A stretch of DNA of 64,000 bases from positions 160,001-224,000 of the forward strand of contig CAVVEU010000040.1 in NCBI GenBank assembly GCA_963747235.1. The letters run 5' to 3'. Each line of letters opens with the position of its first letter. Position 1 is the stretch's first letter. The DNA comes from an uncultured Candidatus Rokubacteria bacterium (lineage in GTDB: Bacteria > Methylomirabilota > Methylomirabilia > Rokubacteriales > CSP1-6). Under the pieces are notes generated by a model that was not told the DNA's origin, searched no databases, and saw only the letters and a program-made list of their open reading frames with translations. Positions 16,551 to 29,383 of this stretch are shown in pieces. A program made the position numbers and the translations under genes.

Positions 16551-17959
16551 CTAGATTCTCTCGAAGAGCCGCATCAGCTCCCAGTCGGTGACGGACTGAT
16601 CGAAGGCCTGCTGCTCGAGGCGCCCGTGCTGGAGGTAGTGCTCCACGACCTTGGGCCCGAAGGCCTCGCGCGCGAGCCTGCGAGCCGCTCGAGCTCGGCG
16701 AGCGCGTCCCGGAGCGTCTTCGGCACCTGGCGCGAGCCGCGTGTCCTCGTAGGCGTTGCCGTCGTAGAGCATGGCCGGCGGCGCGAGCTTCTGGTCGACG
16801 CCGTGGAGCCCCGCCGCGATGGTGGCCGCGAAGGCCAGATAGGGATTGGCGTCGGCGCCCGGGATGCGGTTCTCCACGCGGAAGCCGCCGCCCTCCCCGC
16901 AGAGGCGGAAGCCGCAGGTGCGGTTGTCCCAGCCCGCACGCGATGCGCGTGGGCGCGAAGGAGCCGGCCTGGTAGCGCTTGTAGGCGTTGACGGTCGGCG
17001 CGTAGAAGTACGCGAACTCGCGCGCCATCGCCATCTGGCCGGCCAGCCACTGCTGGAAGAGCGGCGTGCCCTGCCGGCCGCGTCCGGCCGCGAACAGGTT
17101 CTTCCGCCCGCGCCGGTCCCACACCGAGGAGTGCAGGTGGAAGGACGAGCCCGCCGCGCCCATGTCGTACTTCGCCATGAAGGTGACCGAGCAGCCCTGC
17201 TGCCAGGCGATCTCCTTCACCCCGTGCTTGTAGAGCACGTGGCGGTCGGCCATCTCGAGCGCGTCGGCGTAGCGGAGGTTGATCTCCTCCTGCCCCCGCC
17301 CCCACTCGCCCTTGGAGAACTCCACCGGCACGCGCGCCGCCTCCATGCCGTTGCGGATCGCGCGCACCAGCGGCTCTTCCTTGGAGGTCTGGAGGATGTG
17401 GTAGTCCTCGAGGTAGTTCGAGACCGGCGTGAGGCCGTGGTAGCGCTTGGCCCGCGCCTCGTCGAACGACTCGCGGAACAGGTAGAGCTCGAGCTCGGAC
17501 GCGGTCTTGACCGCGTAGCCGCGCTTGGCCGCGCGCTCGAGCTGACGCCGCAGCACCCAGCGCGGCGCCTCCTCGATGGGCTCGCCCTCCTCGGTGTAGA
17601 CGTCGCAGAAGACGAGCGCGGTCTTGGGCAGCCACGGGAGGAGCCGCCACGTGGTGAGGTCGGGCACCAGCTTCATGTCCCCGTAGCCGCGCTCCCACGA
17701 CGTGAGCTTGAAGCCGGGCAGCGGCTCCATCTCCATGTCCACCGTGAAGAGGTAGATGCAGGCGTGGACGCCGTCGTGCAGGACGTGGTCGAGGAAGTAG
17801 CGGCCGACGACGCGCTTGCCCATGAGGCGGCCCGAGGCCGTCGGGGAACACCGTGAGCACGGTGTCCACCTCGCCCTTGCGGATCAGCGCCTCGAGCTCC
17901 TTCGGGTCGACCCGTTCGGCACTCGGCCTCCTCGCCTGCAGGATGATGCGGCGCCGCAA
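16551..17959 (-). CDS. Glutamine synthetase-like gamma-glutamylamide ligase (split)
   Basis: RLMGKR, GYGDMKLVPD, SELELYLF, EWGRGQEEINLRY, GSSFHLHSS, ENRIPGADANPY. Start uncertain. Confidence 0.85.
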
Positions 17960-17999
17960 TCTTAGCGGGGTACGCGGCCCGAGGCAATGACGGCGCCTG

Positions 18000-19168
18000 T
18001 CGGCAACTGGGCGGGATCGGGACGGGCGGGATCAGCAGGATCGAGGACAGGCAGAGACACCGAGGACGTAGCGGCCGGGGCGACAGCGGGGTGAGGTCGT
18101 CGAGCGGCGGCGGCGTGGTGGAAGCCCATGAGCAGGAGGATGAGCGCGCCGAAGACGAACCAGTTGGCCGACCGGAACAGCGCGCCGAGCGCGAGCGAGC
18201 CCCACGAAGGCGACGATGGACACCTGGCGGTGCCGCGCGCCGACGAGCGCGTACGCGATGCGGCCGCCGTCGAGCTGGCCGACCGGGAACAGGTTGAGCG
18301 CGGTGACGAAGAGGCCCACCCAGCCCGCGAGCGCGACCGGGTGCACGAAGACGTCCATGCCCGGCCGGGATGCGGCCCGAACACCATCCAGGTCAGAGGC
18401 GCATGAGCAGCGAGTCGCCGAAGGTCATGGCCCCGTGCTCCGGCAGCACCATGCCCACCCTCGACCACTGCAGGCCCAGGAGCCAGAGGGCGGGAATCGC
18501 CACCACCAGCCCCGCGAGCGGCCCGGCGACCGCGATGTCGAAGAGCGAGTTCCGGTCGCGCGCGGGCGAGCGCATGCGGATCATCGCGCCCAGCGTGCCG
18601 AAGAGGAAGATCGGCGGCGGCGCCGGGATGAAGTACGGCAGGCTCACCGACGCCCCGTAGTAGCGCGCGCCGTGAAGTAGTGGCCGAACTCGTGGGTGCC
18701 GAGGATGGCGATCAGCGTGAACGACGAAGGGCACGCCGTCGAGCAGGCGGAGCGGCCGGAGGAACGGGTCGAAGGTGACGAACGGGAAGGAGCCGCTGAT
18801 CAGGCAGCCCGCCGCGAGCGTGGACAGCACGGTGAGCACGAAGAGGAGGAGGTTGAGGCCCGGGCGCGACGGTCTCCTCGACGTCGACGAGCGGCACCGC
18901 GCGGATCCACACCAGGTCGCCCTGGCGGCCCAGGAAGGGCGTGTAGCCGAAGCGCTTCAGGCGCGGCTCGATGAGGGCGAGCGCGCGGGCGGGCGCCACC
19001 AGGAGGCGCCCGCCCCAGCCGAAGCGTCGCCCCCCGCACCTCCTGCCGCTCGACGCGGAAGACGTCCTCGATGTTGCGGCGCAGCAGATCCTCGACGACC
19101 GCGTAGCCCTCCGCGGGCACGCCGTTGATCCCGTGCCCGGTCACGAGCGGAAAGGGCCAGAGGCGCAT
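18000..19168 (-). CDS. Site-2 protease (M50) family membrane metalloprotease (heavily split; 3' end approximate)
   Basis: [41 protein letters not shown]. Confidence 0.8.
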
Positions 19169-19177
19169 GAACGCACG

Positions 19178-19631
19178 TTACCACACGGCCAGACAGGCGA
19201 CGGCCGCGCGGGCCGCGTCGAGCCCGCCTTCGAGATAGACGACCGCCACGCACCGCCTCGAGCGCGGTGGCGAGCACCGACTCCTTCTCGCGCCCGCCCA
19301 TCTGCTCCTCGCCGCGCCCGAGCCGGAGATGCGCGCCGAGGTCGAGCGCGGCGGCCCAGCGCGCGAGGTTCTCGCCCGACACGAGCTCGGCGCGCCGCGG
19401 AGTCAGCACGCCCACCGGCTCGTCGGGCGCGGCCGCCAGCAGGCGCTCGGCGACGACGAGGGCCAGCACCGCGTCGCCCAGGAGCGCGAGCGCGCTCGTT
19501 GTCGGGCGTGCCGGGATGCTCGTTGGCGTGAAGGAGCGGTGGGTGAGCGCCTGCCCGCAGGAGCGCGCGGATCGCGGAAGAGCGTGGCCCAGGCGCGCGC
19601 CCAGCACGCCGGCCGGGTCGCGGCGCGGCGG

Positions 19632-19635
<4 letters not shown>
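19178..19635 (-). CDS. rnc: Ribonuclease III nuclease domain only, no dsRBD (split)
   Basis: [38 protein letters not shown]. Located directly after fabF. Confidence 0.75.
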
Positions 19636-20890
<1,255 letters not shown>

Positions 20891-20913
20891 GCGCCTCTCC
20901 GTGCCCCCGACCC

Positions 20914-21150
20914 TTACGAGTTCTCCTTGATGTAGCTGATGGCGTCCCCGACGGTGGCGATCTTCTCGGCATCCTCGTCCGGGATCTCGAGGTCGAACTC
21001 CTCCTCGAAGGCCATCACGAGCTCGACGGTGTCGAGCGAGTCGGCCCCGAGGTCCTCGATGAACTTCGCGGCCGGCAACACCTCGTCCTCTTCCACTCCG
21101 AGCTGCTCGACGATGATCTCCTTGACCCGCTCCTCGACCGGCTTCGCCAT
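20914..21150 (-). CDS. acpP: Acyl carrier protein
   Basis: [29 protein letters not shown]. Confidence 0.96.
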   Translation of the reverse strand: MAKPVEERVKEIIVEQLGVEEDEVLPAAKFIEDLGADSLDTVELVMAFEEEFDLEIPDEDAEKIATVGDAISYIKENS

Positions 21151-21187
21151 GCCCTCCCCTCCGTGAACTGCGATTGATTGATCGCAT

Positions 21188-21941
<754 letters not shown>

Positions 21942-21944
21942 GGG

Positions 21945-22900
21945 TCACGCGGCCGCGCCCCCGAGCGCCGCGACGGCCTTCTCGAGCGACGCGGGATCCT
22001 CCACCGCGTGGCCGCGCGCGCCGTCGAGCGTGCGCTTGAGCAGCCCGGTCAGCACGCGCCCGGGCCCGACCTCGAGGAATCCGGTCGCGCCCTCGCGGGC
22101 CAGACGCTCGCACGCAGTCGGTCCAGCGCACCGGGCTCGCCACCTGCTGGACCAGGAACGGCTTCACCTCGTCCGCGGTCCGTGGTGACCCCGCCGTCCA
22201 CGTTCCGGATGACCGGGATGCGCGGGTCGCTGCACCGCGACCCGCTCGAGCTCCGCGGCCAGCCGATCCGCCGCCGGCTTCATCAGCGCGCAGTGGAAGG
22301 GCGCGCTCACCGGCAGCAGCACGCTCTTCCGGCCGCCGCGCGCCGCGGCCGCCTCGACCGCGCGCTCCACCGCCGCGCGGTGCCCCGCGATGACGATCTG
22401 GCCCGGCGAGTTGATGTTGGCCACCCCCACCACCTCGCCCTGCGCGGCCTCCGCGCAGAGCTGCTCGACCGCGGCCAGCTCCACGCCCATGAGCGCGGCC
22501 ATCGCGCCGGTGCCCACCGGCACCGCCTCCTGCATGAACTCGCCGCGGCGGCGCACCAGCCGCACCGCGTCCGCGAAGCGCAGCGCGCCCGCGACCACGA
22601 GGGCCGAGTACTCGCCCAGGCTGTGGCCGGCCGCGAGCGCGGGCGTGACGCCCCGCTCGGCCAGCGCGGCCGCCGCCGCCACGCTCGTGGTCAGCACCGC
22701 GGGCTGGGTGTTGGCGGTCAGGGCGAGGTCGGCGGCGGGCCCCTCGAAGCAGAGCGTCGAGAGCGGAGAAGCCGAGGGCGTCGTCCGCCTCGGCCCAGAC
22801 CGCGGCCGCGCGCGGGCGAGTGCTCCGCGAGCGCGCGGCCCATCCCGACCTCCTGCGAGCCCTGGCCGGGGAAGAGGAAGGCGATCGCGCCGGCTACCAT
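21945..22900 (-). CDS. fabD: Malonyl-CoA:ACP transacylase (split)
   Basis: FLFPGQGSQ, AGHSLGEY, LPVSAPFH, SPVRW. Confidence 0.93.
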
Positions 22901-23877
22901 CGCAGCAGCGCCGCGCCCCAGGTGAAGCCGCCGCCGAAGGCGGCCATCAGCACGAGATCGCCGGACTTGAGCCGCCCGGTGGACCACGCCTCCTCGAGCG
23001 CCACGTAGACCGAGGCGGCGCCGGTGTTGCCGTAGCGCTCCACGTTGACCATCACCTTCTCCATCGGCACCTTGAGGCGCTTGACCGCCGCCTCGATGAT
23101 GCGGAGGTTCGCCTGGTGGGGCACGAAGAGGTCGAGGTCGTTGGCGGTGAAGCCGTTGTTCTTCAGGATGCGCTCGGCGCAGTCGCCGAACATCCGCACC
23201 GCCACCTTGAAGACCTCGTTGCCCTTCATCTTGGCGTAGTGCAAGCGCTTGATCAACCGTTTCATGACTCGCGGGACGCAGCGAGCCGCCCGCGGGCTGG
23301 ATGAGCAGGTCGCCGTAGCGGCCGTCCGAGTAGAGGTCGGTGTCGATGATGCCGGCCGCGTCGGCGGAGGGCCGGAGCACCGCGGCGCCCGCGGCGTCGG
23401 CGAGCAGGATGCAGGTGCCGCGGTCGGTGAAGTCGGTGATGCGCGAGAGGCACTCGGCGCCGATGCACAGGACGGTCCGGTACTTGCCGGTCTGGACGTA
23501 CTGGGCGCCGATGGAGAGGCTGTAGACCGAGCCCGAGCAGGCCGCGTAGACGTCCACCGAGCCCGCGTTGCGGCAGCCCAGCCGATGCTGGACGAGGTTC
23601 GCGGTGGTGGGGAAGTTCATGTCCCCCGCGGTGGTGCCCACCACGATGAAGTCGATCTCCTCCGCGGTCGACCTGCGGCCCGCTCCATCGCCTGCTGGGC
23701 GGCCCGGACGGCCAGGTCCGAGGTCGCCTCGCCCTCGTCGACGATGTGGCGCTCGCGGATGCCGGTGCGCTGGACGATCCACTCGTCCGAGGTCGCGACC
23801 ATCGTCTCGAGCTCCCGGTTGGTCAGGATTCGCTTCGGGGCGAAGGCGCCGACGCCGATGATCTGAGCCCGGTTCAT
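22894..23877 (-). CDS. fabH: Beta-ketoacyl-ACP synthase III (split)
   Basis: [41 protein letters not shown]. Confidence 0.93.
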
Positions 23878-24901
23878 TCCCGGCCTCCCTCCCGTCCCTC
23901 GGCGAGGACAGCTTCGGCCTCGAGCGCGGTCTTGATGTGCTGGTTCACGTCGTTGCGAACCCAGTCGGCGGCCACGCGGACCGCGTTCTTGATCGCCTTC
24001 ACCGGCGAGGCCCCGTGGCAGATGATCGCGGCCCCGTTCATGCCGAGCAGGGGCGCGCCGCCCATCTCGGTGTAGTCCACCCGGCGCTTCAGGCGCGCGA
24101 AGGCCCGCTTGGCGAGCGCGGCGCCCGCCAGCGAGAGCACGTCGCGGCCGAGCTCCTCGCGGATCATCGCGGTGAGCATCTCGGCCAGGCTCTCGGAGAC
24201 CTTGAGGCAGACGTTGCCGGTGAAGCCGTCGGTCACCACCACGTCGCAGCGGCCGTTGTAGATGTCGCGCCCCTCGATGTTGCCGATGAAGTTGAGCGAC
24301 GAGCCGCGCAGGTCCTCGAAGGCTTCCTTGGTCAGCTCGGTGCCCTTGCCCTCTTCCTCGCCCACCGAGAGCAGGCCGACCCGCGGATTGTCCTTGCCCA
24401 CGATGTGCGCGCGAGTAGACGTGGCCCATGACCGCGAACTGGAAGAGCTGGCGCGGCTTCGGGTCCACGTTGGCGCCCGCGTCGATGAGCACGGTGTAGC
24501 CGGCCAGGCTCGGCAGCGGCGCCGCGATGGCGGGCCGGTCCACCCCGGGCAGCACGCCCATGACGAACATGCTGATGGCCATGGCCGCGCCGGTGTTGCC
24601 CGGCGGAGACGATGGCCCCGCACTCGCCGTCCTTCACGAGCTCGGCGGCCACGCGGAGCGAGGAATCGCGCTTGCGACGGAGCGCCTGCGAGGGCGCCTC
24701 GGCCATGCCGACCACCTGCGAGGCGTGGCGCACCGTGACCGGCAGGTCCTGGGCCTTGAGCCGCGTGATCTCGCGCTCGATGGCCGCCCGGTCGCCCACG
24801 AGCACCGAGGCCAGCCCGAACTCGCGGCACGCGGCCACCGCGCCCTCGACGACGACGGCGGGACCGAAGTCGCCTCCCATGGCGTCGACCGCGATCTTCA
24901 T
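23874..24901 (-). CDS. plsX: Phosphate acyltransferase (split)
   Basis: [36 protein letters not shown]. Confidence 0.94.
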
Positions 24902-24941
24902 GGCGCCGATCTTATGGCACGGCCCGGCTCAGCCGGAAAGA

Positions 24942-25124
24942 CTATTCGCCCTCGACCGAGATGACTTCGCGGCCCTTGTAGAAGCCGCAGTGCGGGCAGA
25001 TGCGGTGGGGCGGCTTCACCTCGCGGCACTGCGGGCAGAGGGAGCGCGTGGGCGCGACCATCTTGTAGTGCGTGCGCCGCTTGCGGCCGCGCGTCTTGGA
25101 GTGTCGTCGCTTCGGCAGAGGCAT
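24942..25124 (-). CDS. rpmF: 50S ribosomal protein L32
   Basis: MPLPKRRHSKTRGRKRRTH...CPQC...HRICPHCGFYKGR. Confidence 0.96.
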   Translation of the reverse strand: MPLPKRRHSKTRGRKRRTHYKMVAPTRSLCPQCREVKPPHRICPHCGFYKGREVISVEGE

Positions 25125-25143
25125 CGGATGGCTCCTGTTCGGG

Positions 25144-25653
25144 CTATTTCGACCGGCCGGCCCAGTCCTTGAGGGCCGCCCAGCGCAAGTCGGGCGCGGG
25201 CGTCTCGCACGCGCAGTCGGTGGCGTTGCGGTTGCCGCCGCAGACGGGGCAGAGCCCCCGGCAGCCGTCCCGGCAGAGCGGCTTCATGGGCAACGCCAGG
25301 GTGGTCTCGGTCTCGAGCAGGGCGGTGAGATCGAGCGTGCCGTGCTGGTAGACGTCGGTCTCGAGCTCGCCCGCGCCCAGCTCCCGCTCCTCGCCGCGCG
25401 TCGCCGGCATGGGCACGAAGCGGGCATCCACCGCCGGGTGCACGGTCACCGTGTAGCCCTCGACGCAGCGCCCGCACGTGAGCGGGACCCGCGCGGTGAG
25501 ATCCCCGCGGACGAACACCGTGTCGCCGTCCTTCTCGACGGTCAGCGCGAGATCGTCGAGCGCCCAGGTGTGGTCCTGGAACGGTCGCGGGAAATCCGCG
25601 GTCCCCTCGATGCGCAGACCTTCGGGTGGAATGTCGGCTACCTGGATCAGCAC
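25144..25653 (-). CDS. yceD: DUF177/YceD family protein
   Basis: CGRC...PMKPLCRDGCRGLCPVCG...DLRWAALK. Located upstream of rpmF. Confidence 0.9.
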   Translation of the reverse strand: MLIQVADIPPEGLRIEGTADFPRPFQDHTWALDDLALTVEKDGDTVFVRGDLTARVPLTCGRCVEGYTVTVHPAVDARFVPMPATRGEERELGAGELETDVYQHGTLDLTALLETETTLALPMKPLCRDGCRGLCPVCGGNRNATDCACETPAPDLRWAALKDWAGRSK

Positions 25654-25709
25654 GTGAAGAACCTCGTCTAAGCTTCCGTCAAGTAAGGAGTTTTTCTTAC
25701 AGACGCGTC

Positions 25710-25738
25710 AGTATAAGCGTGGGGGTATGCCTTGTCAA
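25710..25738 (-). promoter_or_regulatory. Sigma70-type promoter of the yceD-rpmF-plsX-fab operon
   Basis: Minus strand reads TTGACA-17 nt-TATACT. Confidence 0.8.
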
Positions 25739-25766
25739 CCCAAAAGCCCGTAAACGCGCCACTTGC

Positions 25767-25795
25767 TTGACGGTCTGGGACTCGACTGCTAGCAT
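25767..25795 (+). promoter_or_regulatory. Putative sigma70-type promoter of htpX
   Basis: TTGACG-17 nt-TAGCAT, followed by a GGAGG RBS. Confidence 0.6.
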
Positions 25796-25816
25796 TCGGA
25801 CCGGGAGGACGAGCGC

Positions 25817-26690
25817 ATGGCAAATCTCATGAAAACCGGTGTCCTGCTGGCCGCCCTCACGGTGCTGGTCGTGCTCGTCGGCGGGGCGCTCGGCGGTCAG
25901 AACGGCATGGTCATGGCCTTCGTGCTGGCCATGGTGATGAACCTCGGCAGCTACTGGTTCTCGGACAAGATCGTGCTGGCGATGTACCGGGCCCAGCCGG
26001 TGGACGAGGCCACCGCCCCCGCGCTCTACCGGATCGTCCGGACCCTGGCCACCCGCGCCGGCATGCCGATGCCGCGGGTCTACATCATCCCGGGCGAGGC
26101 CCCGAACGCCTTCGCGACCGGCCGCAACCCGCAGCACGCCGCGATCGCCTGCACCGAAGGCATCTTGCGCATCATGAGTGAGGAAGAGCTGGAAGGCGTG
26201 CTGGCCCACGAGCTCTCCCACGTGCAGAACCGCGACACCCTGATCATGGCCATCGCGGCCACCCTGGCCGGGGCGATCACCTACATGGCCCACATGGCCC
26301 AGTGGGCCGATGATCTTCGGCGGCGGCCGGCGGGACAGCGACGAGGAGGGGTCGGGCGGCGGCGGCCTCATCGGCGGCCTGCTGATGATCGTGCTGGCGC
26401 CCATCGCGGCCATGCTGATCCAGATGGCGGTGTCGCGCTCCCGGGAGTACCAGGCCGACGCCAGCGGGGCCCAGATGGCCGGGCAGCCCTGGGGCCTGGC
26501 CAAGGCGCTCGAGAAGCTCGAGGTGGCCTCGAAGGTGGCGCCGATGGTGGACGCGACCCCGGCGACGGCGCACCTCTTCATCGTCAATCCGCTCACCGGC
26601 GGGGGCTGGACCACGCTGTTCTCGACGCATCCGCCGATCGCGGAGCGGGTGGCGCGCCTGCGCGCCATGGCCTCATCCCAGACCAGATAG
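25817..26690 (+). CDS. htpX: Zinc metalloprotease HtpX (split)
   Basis: [39 protein letters not shown]. Confidence 0.93.
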
Positions 26691-26730
26691 GGCGCTCGTC
26701 GGATCCAACGCAGTCCTCAGTAGTGGGCCG

Positions 26731-26759
26731 GGGGAGACGGGACACCGTCTCCCCTTTTT
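26731..26759 (+). terminator. Intrinsic terminator between htpX and ccmA
   Basis: GGGGAGACGG-GACA-CCGTCTCCCC-TTTTT: perfect 10-bp stem plus U tract. Confidence 0.75.
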
Positions 26760-26766
26760 CGCGGAC

Positions 26767-27481
26767 ATGATCGCGGCGCGGGAGCTCCGGAAGACCTACG
26801 GGTCGAACAGCGTGATCGACGGCGTGTCCTTCGAGCTGGGCGCGGGCCAGTGCCTGGCCCTGCTCGGCCCGAACGGCGCCGGCAAGACCACGCTGCTCCG
26901 GATCCTGGCCACCCTGCTGCGTCCCACCGCGGGCACGCTCACGATCGGCGGCGCCGACGCCCTGCGCGAGCCCGAGCGGGCGCGCGCGCTCATCGGCATG
27001 GTGGCGCACGGCTCGTACGTCTATGAAGACCTCACCGCGCGGGAGAACCTGCGCTTCTGGGAGACCATGCGGGGCGGCGAGACGACGGCCGCGCGGCTCG
27101 ACGCCGCGCTCGCCCAGGTGGAGCTCGACGGCGTGGCGGACGAGCGCGTGCGCACGTTCTCGGCGGGCATGAAGCGGCGGCTCGGGCTCGCCCGCGTGCG
27201 TGCTGGGCCAGGCGCGGCTGCTCCTGCTCGACGAGCCCTTCACCGGGCTCGACCGGCGCGGGCGCAAGTGGGTGAACGAGTTCCTGCTGGGCTTCAAGGC
27301 CGCGGGCGGCGCCGCGGTGGTCGCGACCCACAGCTTCGGCGGCGGGCTCGGCGTCGCCGACCGCGTGGCCATCCTGGGCAGCGGCCGCCTCCTCATGGAC
27401 CGGCCCGCCGCGGATCTCTCCCCCGAGGAGCTCCATCGGCTCTACGAGAGCCTCACCGACGGCGCCGAGGGCGGCCCGTGA
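26767..27481 (+). CDS. ccmA: Heme export ABC ATPase (split)
   Basis: [35 protein letters not shown]; synteny. Confidence 0.88.
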
Positions 27482-28159
27482 CCTACGCCCGGCGCGCGTG
27501 GATCATCCTCTGGAAAGACCTGCTGATCGAGCGGCGCGCGAAGGAGCACGCCAACGCGCTCCTCTTCTTCTGCGTGCTGCTGCTCTTCCTGTTCCAGTTC
27601 GCGCTGGGCCCGGATCGCGATCGGCTGGCCGCCGCGGTGCCGGGCCTGCTCTGGCTCGGGCTTCATCCTGGCCGGGCTGCTCGGCCTCGGCCGGAGCTTC
27701 CTCGGCGAGCGCGAGAACGACTGCTGGGAGGGCCTCGCGCCTCACGCCCGGCGACAAGTCGGCGATCTACCTCGGCAAGCTCGCGGGCAACTGCGTGCTG
27801 ATGACCGCGGTGGAGATCATCCTGGTCGTCCTCTTCGGCGTGTTCTACGACGTGGACCTGTGGACGCCGGCCGCGCCCGCTGGCCCTGGTGCTGGCCCTC
27901 GGCACGATCGGGCTCGCCGCGGTGGGCACGCTCTTCGCGGCCATGACCACGCAGGTGCGCGCGCGCGAGCTGCTCTTCCCGGTGCTGCTGCTGCCCGTGC
28001 AGGTGCCGGTGCTGCTGGCCACCGTGAGCGCGACCCAGGCGCTCCTGCTCGGCCAGCCCCTCGCCGACGTCGGCCCACTGGCTCAAGCTGCTGGCCGGCG
28101 CCGATCTGGTCTACGTCACGATCGGCCTCCTCACGTTCGAGTTCGTGCTGGAGGGCTGA
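27478..28159 (+). CDS. ccmB: Heme exporter permease (split)
   Basis: ILWKDLLIERR, PGLLW, AIYLGK, RELLFPVLLLP. Confidence 0.88.
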
Positions 28160-28163
28160 CCGG

Positions 28164-28805
28164 ATGACCCGCGCGCTCGGCTGGCTGACCGTGCTGGGCC
28201 TGGTGGCGGGCCTCGCCGCGGGCTTCGGCTACGCGCCCCGCGAGGCCGTGCAGGGCAACGTGCAGCGCATCATGTACCTCCACGTGCCGGCGGTGCTCAC
28301 CGCCTACCTGGCCTTCGTCCTCGTGCTCCTCGGCAGCATCGGCTACCTGGCCACGCGGCGCGCCGGCTGGGACCGCCTCGCCGCCGCGGCCGGCGAGATC
28401 GGCGTGCTCTTCACCGGCCTCACCATCGTCTCCGGCTCCATCTGGGGCAAGCCCACCTGGGGCACGTGGTGGACGTGGGACGCGCGCCTCACCTCGACCG
28501 CGGTGCTCTTCTGCGTCTACGTGGGCTACCTGCTGCTGCGCAGCCTGATCGAGGATCCGGAGGCGCGGGCGCGCTACGCCGCGGTGGTCGGCATCGTGGG
28601 CGCGGTCAATATCCCGATCGTGCACTTCTCGGTGAAGTGGTGGCGCGCGCTGCACCAGCCCTCCACCATCCTGGGGCCCGAGCGGTCCCCGATCGATCCC
28701 GCCATCGGCCTCGCGCTCTTCGTCAACTGGGTGGCCTTCACCCTGCTGTTCGCCTACTTCCTGTCGCGCCGGATGGAGATCGCCCGGCTCGAGGAGCAGA
28801 CCTGA
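28164..28805 (+). CDS. ccmC: Heme exporter protein C
   Basis: RIMYLHVP, WGKPTWGTWWTWDARLT (WWD motif), WWRALHQ. Confidence 0.93.
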   Translation: MTRALGWLTVLGLVAGLAAGFGYAPREAVQGNVQRIMYLHVPAVLTAYLAFVLVLLGSIGYLATRRAGWDRLAAAAGEIGVLFTGLTIVSGSIWGKPTWGTWWTWDARLTSTAVLFCVYVGYLLLRSLIEDPEARARYAAVVGIVGAVNIPIVHFSVKWWRALHQPSTILGPERSPIDPAIGLALFVNWVAFTLLFAYFLSRRMEIARLEEQT

Positions 28806-28940
28806 TGCCGTCCAACTGGGGCTACGTCTTCGCCGCGTACGGCATCGCCGCCGTCGCGCTGCTCGTCCTACTGGCGCCACCTGGCGCGCCGGACCCGCGC
28901 CCTCGCCACGCGCCGGGCCGCGAAGCCGCGGGCGGCATGA
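28805..28940 (+). CDS. ccmD: Heme exporter protein D (split)
   Basis: MPSNWGYVFAAYG, one TM helix and a basic tail, between ccmC and ccmE. Confidence 0.7.
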
Positions 28941-29383
28941 ACCGCAAGGCGAAGTTCCTCGCGGGCGGGCTCGTCATCGTGTGCGCGCTCGCGTATCTGG
29001 TCTACGCGGGCGTGACCCAGTCGGTCGTCTACTTCGTCACCCCGAGCGAGCTGGGCGCCGCGCCGGTGGCGGGCAAGGCCTATCGCCTGGGCGGCATGGT
29101 GCAGCCCGGCACGCTTCAGTGGGATCCCAGGAGCCTCGACCTGCGCTTCACGCTCTCGGACGGCCAGGCCACGGTGCCGGTGCGCCATCGCGGCACGCCG
29201 CCCGATCTCTTCGCGGAGGCGCGCGGCGCGGTCGTCGAGGGCACGTGGAGCCGCGACGGCTACTTCCAGGCCTCGACGATCATGGCCAAGCACTCCGAGG
29301 AGTACAAGGCGCCGCACGACGCGAGCCAGGCGGGCTACAAGGAGCTGCTCAAGACGCTGCGAGGCGCGGAGCCCAAGCCATGA
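28937..29383 (+). CDS. ccmE: Heme chaperone
   Basis: YFVTPSEL, RLGGMV, PDLFAE, AKHSEEY (HxxxY). Confidence 0.93.
   Translation: MNRKAKFLAGGLVIVCALAYLVYAGVTQSVVYFVTPSELGAAPVAGKAYRLGGMVQPGTLQWDPRSLDLRFTLSDGQATVPVRHRGTPPDLFAEARGAVVEGTWSRDGYFQASTIMAKHSEEYKAPHDASQAGYKELLKTLRGAEPKP

Noticed and set aside
24915-24930. TGGCAC between plsX and rpmF as a sigma54 site
   Set aside because: No TTGC at the -12 position, and it faces away from the operon.
25697-26668. 323-aa minus-strand ORF opposite htpX
   Set aside because: Antisense shadow of htpX that also overlaps the promoter region.
28937-29383. Variant (CxxxY) CcmE
   Set aside because: The motif is the canonical HxxxY (HSEEY).
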